Assembly (NCBI GenBank): GCA_002633005.1
Contig: NMRA01000649.1
Location: forward strand, 1-64,000
Length of the DNA stretch: 64,000 nt
From: Phoronis australis
Taxonomy: Eukaryota; Animalia; Phoronida
Direction: 5' to 3'
The notes under the pieces were generated by a model, which did not search any database, was not told where the DNA came from, and was given only the letters and a program-made list of their open reading frames with translations. Each line of letters begins with the position of its first letter. Position 1 is the first letter of the stretch. Made by a program: the position numbers and the translations under genes. Shown here in pieces: positions 23,401-36,700 of the stretch.

Positions 23401-26400
23401 TCAATTCAGGACACAATATGGCAGACAAGTGAACTTCTATTTTGTCGTAATGTGTAGCATCAAATTAATACTTTGCCATGCTCAATGTCTGTATGATAGC
23501 TGCCCTTCGAAAATATTTTGAAAAATTGTGAGCAATCGCAATAATATTAGGGAACTAAAAAATGAAAAAAGTTAATTTTGGAAACTGTTTTTGTCTGAAG
23601 TTGGTGAGATTATACTGTTAGTTTTGGTGCCATTAATCTACCATCAGTCAATAGTTTGAGAAATTGTTGACGTCGACAACTGTGTATGAAGTCTTTGAAA
23701 TGTGAAAAGGGGTATTTTTTTGTTTCTTATTGTTTTTGATTTCAACGTTAATTGTCTCGGACTTGTTTTATCGTAGTTTGAAGTTTGATGATTTGTGGGG
23801 CTCTGAAAATGCAGTCTCGTTATGAAAGGCAGAGCAGACATTCGTCAGCTATGGAATGTACTAGTAGGCAGCCCCAGAGGACTGACTACCACTGGTCAAT
23901 AGATGTATGTTGGCTTTTCGTGTTTTATTTTGCTCTTTCCCAGATAAATTCAATTACCGTCTCAGAGAGTCATTTGTGACATGAGACATAACGAGGCCAG
24001 GGCAAAATTGATTTGCTCTCTCGACTTCACATTTCATGTGCGAGTCTCTTTGAAGATAAATATGAATGTATGGACATTAAGCAGAGTGTGTATGTCATTT
24101 GTTACACTCTATTTGGTTTTTTACATTAAAATTTTGTCCCAGTCACTGGTTAAATGCATTTTCTAATTTGACCTATCACATTGTCCATTTCTTCCCACAA
24201 TGATTATGGGACGTTATTGCCATACTCGGTTGGCAGAGTTTTTTTTTAAGAAAATCACTCCGATTACCTGATCTAGTGTTTATCACTCCAGAATATTTCA
24301 TATCTTGTGAGTAGATTTCTATGTCATGCCTCTAAACTACTCTGCCATTAATCCACCAGCTACTTGGACTTGTGCCAGCCTGCTTCGTCAAACACATCGG
24401 TTCACTATCCAATGTTCATTCATTTTCCCCGTGTCCACGTACCACCCCTCTGTGGTTTCACAGTTCCTCAGCATGACATCTGTATGCACACCTTCATCTC
24501 CCGTATCTCCACCCCGACCCTTTGTGAATTGCCCTTGTGCCTCCAAACCCATAGACAAATAAACGTGCCCTCAATTACCGTGGGGCATATGTCCCTTAGG
24601 TTATGAACACATCTACAACACACAGATAATCAGACAAATTATAGCTCACTGAGACTATAAATAAATATAGGTTTTACAATGAACTTGTTGTAAAAATTCT
24701 TCTGTTTGGAACGAGATATGGCGGACAGATGAAATTTCATTTTGTTCAAATTTCTCCACAAAGATAGCTTTTCAAGCAAATTTACTTTGTTTTAGCATGG
24801 TCTGTATGTCTTAGGTATTACTTACAACAGCTAGTGAAATTTTAACCATTTGCAACGATGTGACAAGCCCCAGAAAAATAGAAATGTGACAATTTTAGCA
24901 ATTATTTTTGTTCCAAGTTGCAGAATTTTTACCCTACATTCGTTTTCCTTGCCTGAAAACTCTGATACTCCAAACTGTCTCAGGAAATATTTTTCCTGAG
25001 AAATTTGCTTCTGGACATCATTGTTTTTCAAGCTATGCAGCCCACGAGTCAATTGAAACTATTGCATGAAAGGGATGACATAATAATACAACTCACAGTT
25101 CTCTATAAGTCCTTGAGGACTTCAGGAGTGAAAAAAGGTCGGGGATAAAAAATCTCCAAGTGATATGTTAATGACTTGAATGTTATAGTTCCCGAGAAGA
25201 AATCAACTGGAAATTGGATATTTATGAGGAGTATCATTTATTTCCCGTCTCCTACAACTTTCATAAACCAGCAAGTCAAAGATTCGTAACTTGTGTCGCA
25301 AGTTGCCCATGTCGATACCTGTAGTCTGGCTACGTATCTTCCGGTAACGTCGCACTGTCATGTTCACCATATTCACACCCCATTCCGCTGTAATTCCCAG
25401 CGTAACGCCCAGCTCTCTTCTTGGTCCCCACTTAAACCCCACCCTATCATCCCCTTTGTCTTCAACTCAACCCTCTGTCATCTCCTTCAATCCCCAGCAC
25501 CCTGCGTTGTCTACTCGTGTCGCCATCCATCCCTTCCAGTTTGTAACGCCTGAGAGCTCCTGTGTCCCTAACATTTATGGTAAAAATAGATGGTCATAGT
25601 TTGTGGTTTTGATTTGTGTCTGAATATTTATCAAACAAAAACAATGAATTCTAGGTTCCAATCAAATTTAGTAATCAGAAATGTTAAAATTCTTTGTTAT
25701 CTTGTTTTTACCGCGATTGTCTGAAACAGGCCATCTTTTTCCTCTCTTGCCCGCGCCATCCAAACCTTTGTATTTAATGATGGCCACTAGACAAGCCCCT
25801 GCCCCTAACCTCTTCCCCCGTCATCCCCAGCACTGCGGCTCTCCCCTGATGTCAACCTATACCCCACATCTCCTCACTCAGACGTCTAGAGTGCCTGACT
25901 GATTATGTGGCTCTATCTGCTGCCAGCTGGTTCACATGCCTTTTATAGTGATAGAGACACATACCATCTCATGCCAACTCAACTGACGACTGGGCATTCC
26001 TGTTAACTTGCACAAGTTTTCAATTTTGTTTTCAAGCCGTGTGGTTTTCATTTCTTTTTGTCTTATCTAATTCTTTGCATTGTCGATCTAGTGTTTTCAC
26101 ATGTCTCCACATGCGATCAAAACTAAACACCCTGGTTTTTTTCAGCGTATTTGTCATCAACATCTTTTTTAAATATCGGTTAATTTGGTTTTTGACTCAA
26201 CTTTGGGTCTCATTGCTCTACTTAATTGAATGCAAGGGTGCAAAAGAAAATTCTCTCTAAGTCCATTTTTCCAAAGCCAAGCAGGCTGTGTTTCGCCATT
26301 AACAGAATGAAATGAAAATATGATTCGATAAAAAGAGTCAATTATAAAAAGTGCTTTGTGCTCCAAATAAGTTACAAGAAGTTGGTCTCATAGGAAAATA

Positions 26401-29400
26401 TTATCAAGTTCATAATGCTGTAATAATGCTGTAATAATGCTGTATTGTGACGTGTTTTAAGTTCACGAGCTAATCTCATTGTAAGTGAACCCCACCAAGT
26501 TTTTAATGCAGGGTCTGTAAAAATATGCACTGTCAAGTTCACAGACTACTGTGGGTATTGTTTGAAGCTCATAAGTGTATATTTTGTCGAGTTAACCTCA
26601 TAAAATTATAGTATCGTAATGTTGATTCGCTGGCTCACATTTTGTAAAAGGTGTCATAAACCTACCTTCGGTCAAAACGTAACATTTGTTTTAGATAATT
26701 TTTTTATTATGAAAGTAGTTTTGGATTGTTTCTTCTCTCAGATTAGATGTGGTTTCTGGGGCCAAGAAGAACTTTTAGCTTAAAACCTTAAATTTTGTCA
26801 CATAAAGATAAGTAATTTCAGGAGAATACTATGTGGTTTAAAACAGTCTATTATAACAACTTTATTCACTCCACATAAAGATACACATTTTGTCAAGTTA
26901 ACTGTATGATTTATTGGAGATATAATGTTAAATATTGTGTGTTCAACTTCATGTTGTAAAATGTTATTCACTATTTTCTTAAGTGTGTGATTTAATGGTA
27001 CACTTAATGGTACACTTAATGGTACACTTAATGGTACACTTAATGTTTGGTAGATGTCATGTTGTATGCATTGTGTTAAGTAACTCTAAACCTACCTTTG
27101 TCAAAAACTTTTGATCGAGAAGTTTCAACTTGTTTTTTACTAAAAACTAGAGGTTATTTTTGGCTTTGAAAATACCGGTAGTTCCTCATTATTCGAGGCA
27201 GGCTTAATATTAGTGATGTTGTCAGGGTGGGTCATTTATTGGCCTAGGAGTGGTCTCAATCAGTAGCAAAATGTCAGTTTTTTTCAAGCACAGAAACCAC
27301 GTCAACAGTCACTTACGGGAGGTCCCAGACTTTGAGAACCAGTTCGATGCCCATTATCCAGTGGAGAAAACTGGTTCTCCTGATGCTGTACCCCTTAAGT
27401 TACTGCTACTGGAACCACTTCCCATCAAAGTAAAGTTGGGATGAGTTTTATAAAAAATTTGTTTCTTTAACTCAACATGGGGTTATAGCAACTTTAAATT
27501 AATCAGGTAAAGATGGTTGATCACAATAATGAAACACCTTCCCACTGTATTCAAAACTGTTTATTTATGAGCCAGAATGTCAGTTTACATTATGTCAAAT
27601 AATGCCACCTATTTTGTTTCCATGTATGTTTGTCACACTATTCCCAAACCTTCCTCAGACCTACCATATTCTCTTATTACGCCTTATGGTTGCTCTCTCT
27701 CTCATCTGGTCATTTTGTTTATACTTGACCTCAAAATTGGTTTAGCAAAATGTTGCTATTTAATGCATTAACATATACAGCATAATTATGATAGTTATAT
27801 GTCTAATGGTGTCCTTTGTGTGTAAAGTGTGACTGCGTAGTGGACGTGCTTTATTTCCCTGGCTAATTTAGACGGCGGAAAGAACGTTTTGTTAGCATCT
27901 ACCGTATCAGGCTTCAAAGCTTAGCATTGACTTTCTCAATGTATTGCGTCTTTGAATGCAAGTTCTTTTTTGCAAATGTCAGCATGCTACATGGCTCTTG
28001 TCATAATACCTACACGTGTTTGAAGCATGGGACTTGCAGTGTTAACTGCAGAGTTTTTAGGAATCCATTGGATATTGCTGTCATTTGGGTAAGAACGTGA
28101 TGAATGCGCATAGCAAGACCAAGTGAAAAACCACACGTACTGGCTAATTTTGGTAGCAGCTGTCGTCTTGTTGATTCCATGCAGTGTCTTCGCTTGTCTT
28201 AGTGCGTCATGCTTCGGTGGTCACCAGGCATTGTGCGCATTCTAGACACAGGTACACTTTATATACCTGTTTGAACACTGGGAAAGGGGATGGTAAACGT
28301 GCACATGTACAAATGCATAAAACAGTAGCCCGAACATTTACACTTCTTATTAACGTCCTGTTTTTCAGACATTGATAAAATTCATGGAGGTATGAGTCGG
28401 GAATTTAATGGAATAGTGCATATTTTTCTGAAGTTATAAAAACTTCATGTGGAAAGTACTAGTCTCATTTTACAGACTCTCCACACTATCACAATTCCGT
28501 TTAAAAGCCACATACCACAATTAAGGACAGTTATGTTGGTAAAATGAACTAGGTGTTTTGATATATTTTACTGGCATAATGTTCTTTTTACGTTTACTAC
28601 CATGTGAGTAACGGCTCCGTTACCATAGTTACAAGGGTCTACCCTCATTTTGCTCCAATCATAAGGGACGTCACTGTAGAAACAAATTTGACTGGTGAAA
28701 AAGGAGCATCGTTGACAGGTTAAAAAGGGTGTTGGCCCAGTGCCAAACTTGTAGTTTTTGTAAAGTAAAACAATGAAAATGACTGAACAGATGAAGAGTG
28801 TTCCAACATGCAACATTTTTTTCGTATTTTCATAGATTTTTATTCGCTTTCATGAAATGGATTTGGCTGAATGCGTTTGAGGCATGAATTGGAATTTGAG
28901 TACGATATCAACATTACAGAACTTCCTTATTGGCGGGCAATAACGAACGGCAAGAAAACGTGGGTGCTTGAACTACAAAACTTCCTTACGGCGGGCAATA
29001 ACTAACCGCAAGATAAAAGGGGTGCTTGAATGTGAAACTTTTTAAAATTTAGTTTTAGTCGTGTGTAGATATCACGCTAAACGGATGCAGTGTTTTCACA
29101 TCGACATGTTTTACACCGATGCATTCGTGGAAGCAGTGGAAGCACCGAGATCCTCTTTTGCAGATAACTGCAGGTTGACGTATACCAGCTCAACAAGTCC
29201 AAGATAGAAAAAGAGTGTCTCCTAATGTAAACCTCATCAACTTATCTCAGCCTCTGTCCTGGTTTATTTAGCTACTTGTGGGACATGTTGTTTCTAGCCC
29301 TTTAATTGTTTTTTCTGCAGATATTTTAAGTTGTGTCCCAGGCAGTCTTGTTTACAATAGCAGATAATTTGTCACCAGGTTCAGTTCTACTTTCCAGTGT

Positions 29401-30724
29401 ATTTCTGGTGTATACCAAAACAACATGAAGTATAATAAACAGTTACAAGGCACAACAGGCTGTGCGGTAGATGAGGATGTCCAAAAATTGGCATTATTAA
29501 GACAGTGTAAATCCTTAATCACATGTCTGGGTATTGAGCCAAACATCTACTGAACTTTGGGTTTTTACTCGGTAAAGGTATATGTTTTCTGAATTTAGAA
29601 AGCCAGTAAAATTCGATTTTGGCTTTTTATCAATCTGTCATTAATTGTGTCACGTGTTCATGTCTTTTTAATAAAATTGAGCATAGCAAAACAGCGGCAT
29701 CAACGTCATGACCAAATTTTCTTTAATATAAGTGTTCAAGATGAAATCTCAAAAAAATTTTACAGCCTCTTATACAAAATGAAACGTTTTAAAAAATTGG
29801 AGAAAAGTACATAAAGCATAGTATCACAAAGTTTAATATGAATTGATCAGCCATTTCTGAGAATCTGAAGTTGACCAAATTTGGACACTTCTCTATGGTC
29901 CTAAATAACCTTAAACCACAGGCAGGTGGCAGCACTTTTGGTACTTGAGCAATGATTTGCAATCATACTATTCATGTACAGGTTCAAGTAAATAATGTAT
30001 TAAGGTTTAGGAAATCCATTGACCTCTCATTTGAAGGCAATTTTTTGCCTGAAACGTATGGTTGTTGTGTATACTGAAATTAACTTATTTTTATCCTCAC
30101 ATGGGAACTAGTTAATTATTATTACTGACTAGAATATATTTTTTATCAATACATGGATATAACATTGCAAATTTGTGTCATTGTCGCTGAAATTAATTTC
30201 TTTGTCTTGTCTTGTGTTAACCTCCGTGTCAATGTCACTTTAAGGTTGTGTGGGACCCTAGGAAAATGTTTGAATTTGGTTTACTTTATGTGATCATGAC
30301 AGTTTTCTTTTGAAACGTTCAGTTAGGTCATGCGCTGTTAGGCTTTGTTTTTAGAATGTTCCACTTTTGCGCCATGGGCTATCAAAAATAGGACATCTGT
30401 GATTCTCACGAAGTTGCGAAAAACAAAAACAAAATGATATTTTATAAAACTATAACAGCAATTTTGAGATGTCATCTTGAACATTTGTATCAAATGAAAT
30501 TTGATCGTGTTACGTAAAACAAAAATAAGATGTTAATGTAAGAAACTGTAACAGCTTATTTTGTAGATTTCATCTCGGAATTTGTTCATAATCTTGTTTT
30601 GCTTTCTACTCAACTTTTTGTTTTTGCTTAATTTTACTAAAAAGCTTGAACAGTGACTCAATTAATGAGAGATTGGGGAAAATTGAAAAGTTCAAAATCA
30701 AACTCTACAGTCTGTCTATGTTCA

Positions 30725-30761
<37 letters not shown>

Positions 30762-33700
30762 TTCTGTTACTTCAAGTTAAAATCCATAGTTTTGTAGAAA
30801 AATGACTAAATACACTGACTAGTGGATAAAGTCTTATACTAAGATAAAGTTGTACATTAACTAACATATTACGTTTTTACTAGGACAAGCAATGGAACAC
30901 TGTAAACTTGGTGCCATCTTCACTGAACTAAGTTGTAAACTTACATTGGTGTTTAGGTTGTAAACTGGTGTTGTGGCCAAAATTGAAGTTTTCTGACTGT
31001 TGTAAACTGGTGTTTCGGTGGAACTGAAATTTTTATCCACACTGGCGACTATTGTAAAGTAGTGTCGTAACTAAAAATTACGTAATTTTATATCCCAGAA
31101 AGTGTTATTATGTAACTTGTAAGTTGGTGTAATTGTTGGGACTTGAAGTATAATTTTACCAAGATTAGTGACATAATATTTTAGAATAGAGCAGAAAAAT
31201 TAACGAAAAACTCCAGTTGACAACTTATGACGTTTACAAATATAAAATTTCTTCAGTTTGGAACCCAATGTTGTCAACAAACGGAATTTTATTTTCATCA
31301 AATTTCTACACAAAGTTAAATTTTCACGAAAAATCATTTTAATTTTAGCACTTTGCATTGTCCAGTTCAGCGGTCACTTAACAACATTTGGGAAGCTTCT
31401 GAGCATTTACGTTGGGGCGGTGATCTTCAGAAAAATAAAATTTGTCTAATTCTAGTAATTATTTTTGTCCCAAATTGAGGAATTCTTTCTGTGTTGATGA
31501 CTTTTCTGCCCGAACAGTAGCAGAGATAGAGATGAGTACAATATCTTTGACATTAGTTAGATCAGCAGTCGGCGACTGTTTGGCATTGTATGGTAATCAG
31601 TGCTGATTATGACAATGGTGTGGCGCCATCTGGGACATGGCCTCTCGCCATCTCCAGCACTGTTGTGGGTGATAATGAGCAAGACTGTAATCTCATTGTA
31701 GTGGAGAGGACATGAGGCATCTGGCCCCCATCTCAGATTAGCTGCTGTAAAAATATTGTCAAACGCAGCTATCAGATATCTGAATGACACACAGAGAGCG
31801 TGGCTCTGTGCCATACTCTCTCTATACTTGGCTTCAAGCGACCGTGGCACAGACAGGTCAAATTATCACCTTTTGAAGCAGTAACACCGAGGACGACCAG
31901 CTTGTGATATTCCACGCCAACGGTCAACCAGGAAGACCTAGGTACCTAAGTCACTATCTTCTTGTCTTCACGAGATGTTTAATGTTACCAAAGCTGTTTA
32001 ATGTTGCCAGTGTCTCTGGAGCAACCTTGGATATACCCTGTACAGAGTCTGTGAGTATATGGCCTACCCTTAACTGTTTGTTTTAATTGGCTGATTTACA
32101 TTATGGCTCTGCTTGTTGCTTCCAGTCAACTGCTGCTATTTTTATCATATAGAATCGTCTCCATACACTGGCTGTTTGGTTGAACCTGCCTGCTTACGAC
32201 AAAATGGGGAGTCATTACTCGTATTTCTCGTACTTCAGAAGAGTATTGGGATACGGTTCCTACATGGTGAAAGTGAGAGATTGACTATAAACTCTCGCTG
32301 CACAACAAGATGACAATTTCTGTGCCTGTAAAAATGCCGTGAAATTGACAGAAATGTTTTGATTTAATTTAATTTGTGCTTGTCATTTTTCATTAGACCT
32401 GATATATCCTGCCATGTAAATAAACATGGAGGTGTTATATCATTTGTTTGACAGTGTGGCTCAGTGTTCAACACACTCTTGGTCATTGGCTTGGGTGACG
32501 CCTTGAGAATTAGTTTAACTTGAAATAACAGAAAGTATTATTGGTGAAGCAAGAAAAGCTATACTTTTAAACTCTAGATGAAAACCATCTTGGCTTTAAC
32601 GAGTCTTACTCAACAATACTTCTTGTTTGACAGAGTTTAATACACTATATGTTCTGTATGTTTCATCACAAATAAGTGAATTTACCGCCCGGCTGTTTCC
32701 TTCTTATTAGCGGGAATGGCGGTTTTTGTCTCATTTTATCTTGTGTAAGGCTTTGAACTTCTCAAGAAAACGTGATGCTCATCAGTTCTTGTTAATGGAT
32801 AAGACTAAAGCCTTCGCAAGTTGAAATTTAATGACTCTTAAACACTGTTTACAATGTTTACACCTGGAATGAGATGAAACTGTGTTAGCAGAATTTGGCC
32901 CAACAACCAACAACTGATTGTTGCCTTGGTGTCAATTTTGGCTTCAGATTCAGCAGCTGGACAACTTGTGTCTGATCATTATTGTTATGTGTCATATATA
33001 ACCTCAAAACAAAAAACTGTGGCTAGGTGGAAGCTATCATGTGCTGAGGCTGGTCTACGTTTTCAGTAAGGGAGGGTTTAGGATTCGAGCGAATCCGAGA
33101 CGCATAGCGCCGAGCGTAGGGAAAACCCCCTCCCGTGTAAAATTTTTTTGTGGTTTATTAGCTGATTTCGTTTTTCTGGTGAAACTTTTTTTCAATTTTT
33201 ATTCTTGACCCTGTCCCGAGGGGGGTTTGAACCCCCTGAACCTCCTTGTGGATCCGCCTCTGATGTGACCTGCGCTTGTGTAGGTATCATCTCGGTATGG
33301 TTTCGGGCCAGTACTTGACATCTTTTAGGAGCAGTACTTGGTGGGTTCGTCTTGGGTAGTAAACAAAAGACGTCAGGACTGGTGGGGGGGCGGGTGCATA
33401 CAGTTTTTTGGGTTAAGATTTATTTCATTTGCTATTGTCTCAGAAAGACATTTTTCCTGGCTACTAAAGTATTGCTGGGTTGTTCTGAATTTTGATTGCA
33501 CGGAGGCACACCCCTATCCATTATTTCAGACAGCACCCCCGGTCTTGAAGGCCTGCTGTCTGTTTGCTAAACTCTGCTTATCAATATTGTGAGTGTTGGA
33601 GGGGGCAACTGACAGTCGGGAGATAATTTTTTTCAGTGTTGTATTAGACAATCATGTCTAGGTAGTTATTAATTGATTGTTTTTGTTAATCGGCATTTTT

Positions 33701-36700
33701 TATTGCAAACTGCAAAAATTTATTTAAATTGAAATTAATTAACATAAAATTAAGCCCATTGTAAACCATGTTCTATGTTAAAAATATCAATTTTCTTCGC
33801 AATTGTTTATTGATCCAATGCAACGTCATCATGCTCTTTTTACTTTGTTGTATCCTCCACCCTCCTACAGCCATGCTGCTTTGGCTACTTAAACTTAAAC
33901 CCGCTGTGACAAGCAACAGTAATAGGCCTCAGGTCTGAATTAAGTATTAAGGACCTGTCAGTTCATATCAAGCACTGAATTAATGTCTAATGTCGCTTTC
34001 TCATTAGAGGAACTTTGGTTTACCGAAGCTTCACCGAAAATTCGCTTACCTTTCCCACTTAACAACGATATTGAAGTTGTTTCTGTAACAGGCGACTCAG
34101 TTCATTCGTACTCTCAGACGGTTATTGAGTATTGGGTTCGCCTACCATTTACGAGTGTTCATGAAAATGATCAGTGTCATTCTTCATCAGATCGTATATC
34201 GTTGCCGCGACCTCTGCTGATAACTTTGACGAAGCTTCACTTTTGGTTTTCCCCCTGGTGAGTACCGAAACTTCGCTTTTAAATCCTACTATTTTAAGCA
34301 AAGTTTTACTTGCAGACTATCGGAGTTAACCTTTCCCACTTACGAAAACTTTGGTAAAAGCAAAGTTTTGCTTTCAATGGGAAAGCGACTTTAGGCGAGC
34401 AAGGGACAAGATTAAACAGATTTTAAACAACAAAAGACCTAAATTAAAAGTTGTTTTTTGACAGAAGAGCTGGGTTCATTGCGCCATTAACAAATCTGAT
34501 TTGTTAACAATCTATTTCATCATCCTCTCAACATACAACACGCATCTTTTTTCTGTTAATTTCCTGCCGATGGCATTCTTATGATTTGGATGTGGCCAGT
34601 GGATTTAGAAGCTAACCCCAGGAGATTCCTGCCATAGCTAAGGCATTTTGAAGTGGTGTGATTCAGTGTCCCAGGTCTTCCTCTAGTGCATGTCCACAGC
34701 ATCAAAATGGACACCCTGGCTCACATTTAGACACGCTAGCTGTAGCGTCCTGTTAGCATTTGGAAGCCCAAGTGAGCAAGTTAACATTGATGTCTCTTTT
34801 AACTTGCTAACAGTGGCTCTTGGAGCTCATTGGCCTCTCTAGAATAGAAAAAATGGTTGACGAGTTGTAAGATGGTTAAATTTTATTGAAGAGCCATGTC
34901 TACAAAGTAACATACTGCTCTGTAACAGCAGTTTTACATGGGGTACTGAAACTGGTCACCCTGAAATATTCGGAAACCCATTCAGGATGCCCTTTTTAAA
35001 GTTCCTAGAAGAACCCCTGGTAGGAAGATACCCCCACGAGATCATTCTGTCTTATCTAAGCCATGGCCAGTTGGCATGACTGTGTCAGTGTGCAAGAACA
35101 CTGTTTTGCTTACTGCCACTTGGTATTCTGTAGGAAAACAAGCCTTCTGTAAACATGTGACTGGTTGATAATTCAATTTAGAGGTCTTTGATTTGGAGCT
35201 TGATCTGGTTATTGGGTGACTTGCCTCTAAAGGATTAAGACACTGCTGTTGTGCTCTAATTGCCAGTTGCATGTTCTGACTCTTGTTGAAAACCACTTCC
35301 CAACTACAGTGCTTGTGACATCTGAAAATATGGGCGCAGCTGTGACATGTCCTGTACTTTGTATTCTTGTACTTGTCTGTCATCTTATTGTGGTGGTCAT
35401 GATTAGTTATCTATGGCTGTGCCTGGCTGTACCACTTTAATGGGATCTGGATGTCTACCTGTCATTGTAAGGGCCCTCTGACTTCCTGGCTCCTGTTGTT
35501 GCTGAACTGGAAGAACATGAGCTTGGTGTGTGATTCAACATTTCTGGGTTGATCAGGTGGTGTAAACTTCCATGTGACCCGCCCCCCCCCTCCAAGTTGA
35601 CCACCAGCCTTCCAATTAAAGCCCGCCCCCTAGGGATGATATGATGGGTAACCCACCTGTCATTGTGCTGTTGAGAGATGTCACCAGGCTCTGCTTTGAC
35701 ATGATATAAATTTTCTTGCTTTGTCAATCTCAACTTGTGAATTGGTGATCTTGACATTTCTTGTTCTTTGGAGTCTGTTTTTATGCACCCACATATTATT
35801 GCCCTCATCTCTGTCTGGGCGTCCGGGCGTCCGACGTCCGCGGCTGTATCTCCTAAATCCCTTTCAGGATCTTATTGAAATTTGGCAGGTGTGTTCCTAT
35901 GGGGTTGACGACAGAGGACGACTAGTTTCGGACCGACCCGAATACTTCTATGCCCCCTGGTGGAAATTTTAGTTTTTTACGTTTGCCTCTGTTTCGTGAA
36001 ACGTCCTCAACCGATTTTCATGAAATTTGGCACATAGGCATCTATTAATGAGGTGCCGCTATCCTTATGTTTTTGGATAGATTCAAGGTAATTTGCGCCA
36101 CCTAGTGGCCATTTTTACTGTTTTCGAGTCTGTTTTTGGCATCCATCCCTCCATCAACCAAACCGCTCAAAGTATGATTGCGAAAATTGTCATGTATGTT
36201 CTTACAATGAAGTGGACGGCTGACGATGGTTTTCCGACGACTTAACTACTGTGGTGCCTTCTAGTGGCAATTTTGTTTTTTGCGCCTATGGCTGTATCCC
36301 CTAAACTGTTCGTAGGATCTTTACTAAATTTAGTAAGTGCATTTATATGATATTAATAACGCAGGATGACGGCTATCAGACAGATCTGACTTCTGGTGTG
36401 CCACCTAGTGGCAATTTATTTTTTTACGTTTACCTCTCTGTCTTCAAAGGTCCTCAATGTATTTTCATAAAATTTGGCATACAGGCATCTGTTAATGAGG
36501 TGGCGCCATTTCTTCATTTTCAGATGGATTCGACCTAGTTTGCGCCACCTAGTGGCCATTTTTACTGTTTTCGATTCTGTTTTTTGGCGTCCACTTGTCT
36601 ATCAACCAAACCGCTTTCAGGATAATTGTGAAAATTGGCATATATGTTTTAACTATGAAGTGGACGGCTGACGACGATTTTTCAACTTTGATTACTGTGG

